This document shows positions 7,314 to 12,128 of a stretch of DNA of 12,128 bases, one piece after another. This DNA is from Candidatus Thorarchaeota archaeon (lineage in GTDB: Archaea; Asgardarchaeota; Thorarchaeia; Thorarchaeales; Thorarchaeaceae). The number at the start of each line of letters is the position of its first letter. The first letter of the stretch is position 1. Position numbers and translations under genes: made by a program. The DNA is taken from NCBI GenBank assembly GCA_016839445.1, contig JAEOUG010000085.1, positions 1 to 12,128 on the forward strand. The letters run 5' to 3'. A model generated the notes under the pieces. It saw nothing but the letters and a program-made list of their open reading frames with translations, was not told the DNA's origin and ran no database searches.

Positions 7314-8000
7314 TCATGGTACGTAGAAGATGGCGCTGAGGGCAATGAAGAAAATGGCCAGATAGTAGGTGGCGAGAATGATGACTCCCTCGCCCCGCAT
7401 ACGATGATGAAAGACCGAGATACCAATCACCGAATCCGATGTCACAAAGAGGGCCGCACCAAGCGGGAGTATCCAAGCAAGAGGCACTTCTACGGCAGTG
7501 ACGGCAAGGAGGACAGCAGAGCTCAGTGTCAGCGAAATCACGAAGGCGTAGACCGTGACGGCTGTCAGCATGCTCTTCTCAATGGGTGTTTCTGCCGTCG
7601 AGAGGTAACGTCTGTAGAAGAAGACGTAAACAAGCAGTCCACAGAGACTGAGAACGAAGACTGCCGCAGGGAGAAATGTCAGCCCCACCGCCAGCGTGAG
7701 CTGCAGGAAGTTGACCACAAAGAGAATCTGGGCAACAAGGAAGAGGCCCAGGCCAGGGAGGACGTTGTACTCCATGGCCACATCGCCAAAGGCGCAGAAC
7801 ACGAGAGCACCCGCAAGGAGGTAGTGGTAGAGAAACACACTCGCGGGGAGTGTGATGGCCAGAATAAGTCCAGTGAGAGCAGGCACCATCTTGATGATGG
7901 CCACAATCTCCTTTCGAACCCTATCCTCAGCCACAGCCCTTAGGATGATCGACACAATGGCAAAGGCCCAGAAGACCACTCCGAGAATGACCAGCGACAT
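7314..8000 (-). CDS. YhhN/TMEM86 (lysoplasmalogenase-like) family membrane protein
   Basis: About 8 TM helices with family motifs KMVP, ALVFCAFGDVAM, GLGLFLVAQ, VYAFVI, GAALFVTSDSVIG and LATYYLA. Confidence 0.85.
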   Translation of the reverse strand: MSLVILGVVFWAFAIVSIILRAVAEDRVRKEIVAIIKMVPALTGLILAITLPASVFLYHYLLAGALVFCAFGDVAMEYNVLPGLGLFLVAQILFVVNFLQLTLAVGLTFLPAAVFVLSLCGLLVYVFFYRRYLSTAETPIEKSMLTAVTVYAFVISLTLSSAVLLAVTAVEVPLAWILPLGAALFVTSDSVIGISVFHHRMRGEGVIILATYYLAIFFIALSAIFYVP

Positions 8001-8130
8001 GGCTCTTAGGTCGGCAAACCCTCTAATGAGTGCATCTTCTCGTTTCTGTGTGGACTAGGTCTCCGACGCATGGTCGCCATCAGTGGTCCTCAAGTTGGGT
8101 CCGGAAGTCATATGAGCATCGCACGAGGGT

Positions 8131-8173
8131 GAATCATCTTGACAACCGCGTGGGTGGCACTCGAAGATGATTC
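8131..8173 (+). promoter_or_regulatory. Perfect 10-bp inverted repeat overlapping the ABC ATPase start codon
   Basis: GAATCATCTT (8131-8140), a 23-nt spacer and AAGATGATTC (8164-8173). ATG 8167-8169 lies in the right arm. The repeat is certain; its function is not. Confidence 0.45.
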
Positions 8174-9084
8174 GTGTTGAGGATCTGTCAGTAGAGTTCG
8201 GAGATGTCACTGCTGTGGATCATGTCTCTCTTCAGATACCGAAGGGCACAATCGTTGGCATGATTGGTCCTAACGGAGCTGGGAAGACGACGTTGGTCCG
8301 TGTGATGGTTGGCATCCTGAAACCAACGGCCGGGGCTTGCTTCGTTGGGGGAACGGAATCGCTCTCCTTGACTCCCGAAGAGCGTGCGCGCATCGGCTAT
8401 ATGACGCAGCAGAAAGCGCTCTATCCTGATCTTACCGCAAGAGAGAATCTCCAGTTCTTTGCACAGAGCTACGGAGTCGACAGCCCTCAGAGGCGAAGTG
8501 AACTAATCACCAAGGCTGCCAAGTTGACCCGAATCACCGAGTCCCTGGACCGCGTTGTGGAAGTTCTTAGTGGCGGCACGATTCAGCGGCTGAGCCTGGC
8601 CTGTGCCATTGTTCACGACCCTGAGATTATCCTCCTTGACGAGCCCACTGTCGGAGTGAGCCCTGATCTCAGGACGGAGTTCTGGGACTACTTCCACAGC
8701 TTGGCTCGGTCAGGAAAGACCATTGTCATGACTACTCACTATCTCGACGAGGCATCACGGTGCGATTCTGTTGCCATGATCTTTCAGGGGAGAATCCTTG
8801 CACACGGGACTCCTGAGGAGATCATCACGTCATTGCCGCTGGAGAGCACGATCACAGGGACTCTAGACTCGGCCGACTCCGCTCAGCTCCTCGGAGTCCT
8901 AGAGAAGATTGCTCCCACGGTTATGGAGGGACGGCGGTTTGCAGTCACTGCGGAGAGCGATGGCGCCTTGCTCCAGACATTCCGGGCAATCGTGAACTCT
9001 GGAGTCGGAGTGAGTAATGTAATCGTCCGTCAACCGGGCCTAGAAGAGGCCTTCACCTATCTTGTAAGGAGGAGCAGGCAATGA
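8167..9084 (+). CDS. ABC transporter ATP-binding protein (ABC-2/DrrA/CcmA-like exporter)
   Basis: Walker A GPNGAGKTT, Q-loop YMTQ, signature LSGGT, Walker B ILLDEPT, H-loop TTHYLDEA, C-terminal PGLEEAF. Confidence 0.95.
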   Translation: MIRVEDLSVEFGDVTAVDHVSLQIPKGTIVGMIGPNGAGKTTLVRVMVGILKPTAGACFVGGTESLSLTPEERARIGYMTQQKALYPDLTARENLQFFAQSYGVDSPQRRSELITKAAKLTRITESLDRVVEVLSGGTIQRLSLACAIVHDPEIILLDEPTVGVSPDLRTEFWDYFHSLARSGKTIVMTTHYLDEASRCDSVAMIFQGRILAHGTPEEIITSLPLESTITGTLDSADSAQLLGVLEKIAPTVMEGRRFAVTAESDGALLQTFRAIVNSGVGVSNVIVRQPGLEEAFTYLVRRSRQ

Positions 9085-10565
9085 GCAGAGGAATCAACGG
9101 CCGGCGGGTTGGCACGGTCACACGGCGAATCTTTCGCCAGATTCGAAGGGATAGAAGGACTCTAGGGCTGATGATTATCGCACCCGTCGTTGTCACTGTC
9201 CTTTTTGCATTCATGTTTGCTGGCTCCATATCCCATGTTCCGACGGCTCTGTGTGTCAGTGACGAGCCCCTCGACACCACTCTTGGCGGTGAGATTTCCT
9301 CTCAACTCGCAAGCAACGAGAACGTTTCTGTCTTTCAGAGGTCCTCCTCAACAGCCTTCGAGGGTCTGGGTGAATCCATTCAGGCTGTGCTCCTGCTACC
9401 ACACAATCTTACGAGCGCGCTCGTAACTGGTCAGAACATAACAGTCCGCCTTGTTGTGAATGTCACCAGTGAGTTACAGGCAAATTTCATCCAGGCCACT
9501 ATCGCCAACAGCACCGCAGAGGCCGCTGCAGCGATGTTTGGGAGAAGTGGAGTCGAGCTTGACCGCAACATCACGTTCTATGTCCCGCTACCCCCCATGG
9601 GCATCAACCTGTCGTTCAATCTCTCAGTTGCCAACGAGGACCTCGGGTTCACCGAGACCGTGGGTTCAACATTCGCGCAGCTGCTGTCGCACAACGACAA
9701 CGTGTCCATCATCACATGCGCCAGCCGAGAAGATGTTGTAGAACTTCTCTCGGATGAGGTTGCCATTGCGGGAGTGTACATTCCAGCAGATTTCACGAGA
9801 GCAACGTTGAGGGGTGAGGCTCCCGCTCTCGAGTTGTTCATCAATGGCATCGAGAGTACCGAGGCAGCGACAGCTCTGTCTACCCTGCAGTCGGCTCTCT
9901 CTGATGCTCTTTCTCAGCTCTTTGGCCGAAGCACCGAGATGAATCTCACCTACGTCTACGGTGAGGCGGGGATGTCAATGATTGAGCTGGTCGGCCCTTC
10001 TATGATAGGCTTTCTGAGTGTCTTCTTCGGTTTTCTAATCCCTGGCATATTCTTCCTCCGCGAGAGGCAGCAGGGCACACTGGAGAGAATGCACGCGTCC
10101 CCCTTGACTGACACAGAGATAGTCCTTGGGTATGTCATCGCCTTCATTGCGGTGAGCCTCGTGCAGACGACATTGGTCAGTTTCGTGATTCTCTACTTCT
10201 CTCCTGCTCTACTCACATCAGTCTTGGTCATGCTTCCTTCTGTCGTATTGCTTGCCATAGGGTCCGTGACGCTGGCAATAGCAGTGTCGTACCGAATGAA
10301 GAATGAGCTGCAGGTCATGCAGATGATTCCACTCTTCATCGTGCCTCAGATGTTTCTCTCTGGACTGCTGTTCCCACTCACGATGCTACCGCCCTACCTG
10401 GCCGTTCTTCCCTATCTCTTCCCACTCACATACTTCGTGATGGCAGTCAAGGCCGTTGTCTTCTTTGAGGCGACGCTCTTCGACGTGATTCTGCCGCTTG
10501 GTGTTCTGCTGCTATACTGCTTCCTTGGGATTGTACTCTCAGTGGCCAGGAGATCAAAGAGCTAG
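9081..10565 (+). CDS. ABC-2 type permease with duplicated extracytoplasmic domain
   Basis: ATGA overlap with the ATPase and a GGAGG SD. N-terminal 'RQIRRDRRTLGLMIIAP' then TM1, 'RERQQGTLERMHASP', 'PQMFLSGLLFP' and 'FPLTY'; 494 aa. Confidence 0.93.
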   Translation: MSRGINGRRVGTVTRRIFRQIRRDRRTLGLMIIAPVVVTVLFAFMFAGSISHVPTALCVSDEPLDTTLGGEISSQLASNENVSVFQRSSSTAFEGLGESIQAVLLLPHNLTSALVTGQNITVRLVVNVTSELQANFIQATIANSTAEAAAAMFGRSGVELDRNITFYVPLPPMGINLSFNLSVANEDLGFTETVGSTFAQLLSHNDNVSIITCASREDVVELLSDEVAIAGVYIPADFTRATLRGEAPALELFINGIESTEAATALSTLQSALSDALSQLFGRSTEMNLTYVYGEAGMSMIELVGPSMIGFLSVFFGFLIPGIFFLRERQQGTLERMHASPLTDTEIVLGYVIAFIAVSLVQTTLVSFVILYFSPALLTSVLVMLPSVVLLAIGSVTLAIAVSYRMKNELQVMQMIPLFIVPQMFLSGLLFPLTMLPPYLAVLPYLFPLTYFVMAVKAVVFFEATLFDVILPLGVLLLYCFLGIVLSVARRSKS

Positions 10566-10719
10566 GATGCACTTGGCTCTACATCTAGGGCTGTGCCGCT
10601 CAACCCAAGTGACTCACGTGACGCACGGCGAGTTAACTATAGTAGACTGAACCTGCGCGCTCAGTAGGGGATGGAATCGCCGACTACGAAAGCACTCATC
10701 CCAGATTCGACAAACCCTC

Positions 10720-10983
10720 TCACTGATACCCTCGAGACTTGTACGTTTCCTTTCGTAGCAGCAGCGTTCCGCCTACAATCATGACGACAGCTGCTCCTGC
10801 CAGGCCTGCAATGACTGCCAAAGTGGTATCTCCGACACCATCGTCTGTTGGTTCTGGCTCAGGAGGGACGTACTCTGTGGGCCCAGACTGTAGATTCGCC
10901 CCGATCACGATACCTACCACAAGAAACACTGCCGCCACGACAATGTAGCCCCTCATGCGCCGTACGTCCGACTCCACGCTCAT
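10720..10983 (-). CDS. Small hypothetical membrane protein (2 TM helices with Pro/acidic linker)
   Basis: TM1 YIVVAAVFLVVGIVIGA, linker PTEYVPPEPEPTDD, TM2 LAVIAGLAGAAVVMIVGGTLLL and basic tail RKETYKSRGYQ. Possible starts are GTG 10995, ATG 10983 or ATG 10956. A TATA-like GAATCCTTATC lies about 30 nt upstream of 10983. Confidence 0.7.
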   Translation of the reverse strand: MSVESDVRRMRGYIVVAAVFLVVGIVIGANLQSGPTEYVPPEPEPTDDGVGDTTLAVIAGLAGAAVVMIVGGTLLLRKETYKSRGYQ

Positions 10984-11236
10984 CCTCAGGCTCACTACGT
11001 CTCAGAGAGAGATAAGGATTCGTAACGGAGGATGCCCCAGTGGATGCTCCCTGAACCACAGCTGTTGAGTTCCTCAATGGATATTCACTATTGTTACTCG
11101 GTTTCGCCGAGGTGATCTCTGCGGCGTCTAGAAGACCATCCTTTCAAAAAGGAGCCTCTGCGGTTCACGATACTGAACCATACGAACGCGCTTCTGAAAC
11201 TTCACCCTCATCGTATAGGCAGTCCCAATGTTGACG

Positions 11237-11295
11237 GGAGTTCACTTTTCATCTACTATTGTGAACTCCACCTGCATCTTCGAGCCGGACTCGAA
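11237..11295. repeat. Two adjacent inverted repeats
   Basis: GGAGTTCAC (11237-11245) / GTGAACTCC (11261-11269) is a perfect 9-bp repeat with a 15-nt spacer. TTCGAG (11279-11284) / CTCGAA (11290-11295) is a 6-bp repeat with a 5-nt loop. Confidence 0.45.
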
Positions 11296-11342
11296 TAGTG
11301 ACGTCCTTCCTGATGGCAATAATGTGATGCTATTCACTAGGT

Positions 11343-11639
11343 TCAGATTGTACCCGTCGCCACCAGAAGGAGCAACACAGCCAGAGGTATCAGTATAGTC
11401 CCGACAAGCACTGGATACGCCTCCCTGTCGAACTTCCTGAAGGTCCCCACGAAGAAGATTGTGGCGAAGTAGAACATGGCCGCTATCCACGCTGCGACTA
11501 GCCATCTCTCAAGTCCCGGCGGCACTCCTATTAGGGCGAGGACTGGGAAGAGAATCATTGTTGCTATGGCACCAAGGGCCCCATACTTCCTCAAGGGGTC
11601 GATGCTACCTGTCCACGGATCGTGTCCTCGTAGTCCCAC
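11343..11639 (-). CDS. Small hypothetical membrane protein (3 TM helices)
   Basis: Three hydrophobic segments separated by short charged loops. AGGTGA (11650-11645) sits 5 nt before GTG 11639, favouring that start over GTG 11648. Confidence 0.7.
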   Translation of the reverse strand: MGLRGHDPWTGSIDPLRKYGALGAIATMILFPVLALIGVPPGLERWLVAAWIAAMFYFATIFFVGTFRKFDREAYPVLVGTILIPLAVLLLLVATGTI

Positions 11640-11816
11640 GTTCTTCACCTACAATGGATTTCCTCCCTTTGGTCACAAGTTACTCGCGACGCCTCATAAT
11701 GGTTGTGAGTCCTGGCATTCGGACAGCGGGTGGGTCGCCTACCGTTGCTCGCCCGTAGGTGGCTTCGTTCCAATGCGAGCCACTGAAGTGCACTATTGCT
11801 GTCAGCACCTGCCCAT

Positions 11817-11861
11817 CATTTCCATCATGGCAGGCATGGACCGCCATGCCCATGGGAGATG
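11817..11861 (-). other. Stem-loop immediately downstream of the 11869 stop codon (terminator or 3' UTR structure)
   Basis: Perfect core GGCATGG-ACCG-CCATGCC (11833-11850). It extends with bulges through CATG/CATG and CATTTCC/GGAGATG, and begins 7 nt after the TGA. Confidence 0.45.
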
Positions 11862-11868
11862 TGCGGCC

Positions 11869-12128
11869 TCACGCCACGATTCTGACTGGCCTCAGATTGA
11901 CGATCCTGTGCTCACCCTCGGGTGTGTCGTACTCCACCATGCCAACCAGCTCGCCCTCGGCTCCGGGCTGCAGCTCGAAGATGATCTCTGTGACCGACGT
12001 GGAGTCTGGCCCAACGGAGCCCACTGCTGCCGTCTTGATGGTGTCTGTCAGGTCTGGCACACCCAGAATTACCTGCACGTTGGCCATGGGATGCTCGGAG
12101 CCGTTCCGTATCACCACGCCGAAGACAA
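11869..12128 (-). CDS. C-terminal Ig-like beta-sandwich domain of a protein truncated by the window edge
   Basis: The frame is open to the edge (..VFGVVIRNGSEHPMANVQVIL..VGSVGPDSTSVTEIIFELQP..ELVGMVEYDTPEGEHRIV). The VxNxxxxPxxNVxV, lGxlxP and VxYxxxxG patterns fit CARDB/appendage-type Ig folds. Confidence 0.75.
   Translation of the reverse strand, partial: VFGVVIRNGSEHPMANVQVILGVPDLTDTIKTAAVGSVGPDSTSVTEIIFELQPGAEGELVGMVEYDTPEGEHRIVNLRPVRIVA

Noticed and set aside
7275-7943. 222-aa + strand ORF with a hydrophobic N-terminus and charged body
   Set aside because: It is antisense to the YhhN gene. The H/E/K/R/D-rich composition is what the reverse complement of hydrophobic codons produces.
10570-10702. 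Short inverted repeats after the permease (CACTTGG/CCAAGTG 10570-10611; GGGATG/CATCCC 10668-10702) as tRNA, SECIS or sRNA
   Set aside because: The stems are only 6-7 bp with long loops. There is no cloverleaf or SECIS core, so they are compatible with chance or weak termination structures.
11279-11300. TTCGAGTCC on the - strand resembling a tRNA T-loop
   Set aside because: No T-stem, acceptor stem, D arm or anticodon arm can be built around it.
11242-11505. 87-aa - strand ORF overlapping the 3-TM gene (possible frameshift extension)
   Set aside because: It is an alternative frame of a better-supported membrane ORF, with no slippery site or recognisable domain.
11654-11667. GGGAGGAAATCC on the - strand resembling the RNase P RNA GAGGAAAGUCC motif
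   Set aside because: The match is imperfect, the other conserved RNase P regions are absent, and the downstream sequence is a plausible CDS.
1-12128. Mobile elements, CRISPR arrays, rRNA/tRNA, and the remaining short nested ORFs in the track
   Set aside because: I saw no transposase or integrase motifs, no regularly spaced direct repeats and no RNA-gene signatures. The short ORFs lie within or antisense to well-supported genes.

Overview
Gene-dense window of moderately GC-rich DNA with no rRNA, tRNA, CRISPR or mobile element that I can support. BRE/TATA-like boxes, GGAGG/GGTGA ribosome-binding motifs and surface proteins rich in N-x-S/T sequons suggest an archaeon. The style is reminiscent of Asgard/Thorarchaeia MAGs, but that is inference only. 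From left to right: (1) a + strand operon with a partial membrane protein, an ArsR-like wHTH regulator and a membrane-anchored toast-rack (DUF4097-like) repeat protein, closed by a hairpin; (2) a biosynthetic-looking cluster with a 456-aa PP-loop/Cys4 enzyme resembling the ATP-dependent peptidyl epimerase MurL, a non-canonical D-Ala-D-Ala-ligase-family ATP-grasp enzyme and a GNAT, facing a divergent threonine-synthase-like PLP enzyme; (3) a TPR protein and a YhhN/lysoplasmalogenase-family membrane protein on the - strand; (4) an ABC-2 exporter whose permease has a tandemly duplicated extracytoplasmic domain and whose ATPase start codon lies in a perfect 10-bp inverted repeat; (5) two small orphan membrane proteins, hairpin-rich spacers and the Ig-like C-terminus of a gene cut by the right edge. 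The best candidate for an undescribed system is the MurL-like/Ddl-like/GNAT/PLP cluster. It has no mur/dcw neighbours here and may build a D-residue-containing, acylated peptide or peptidyl conjugate.
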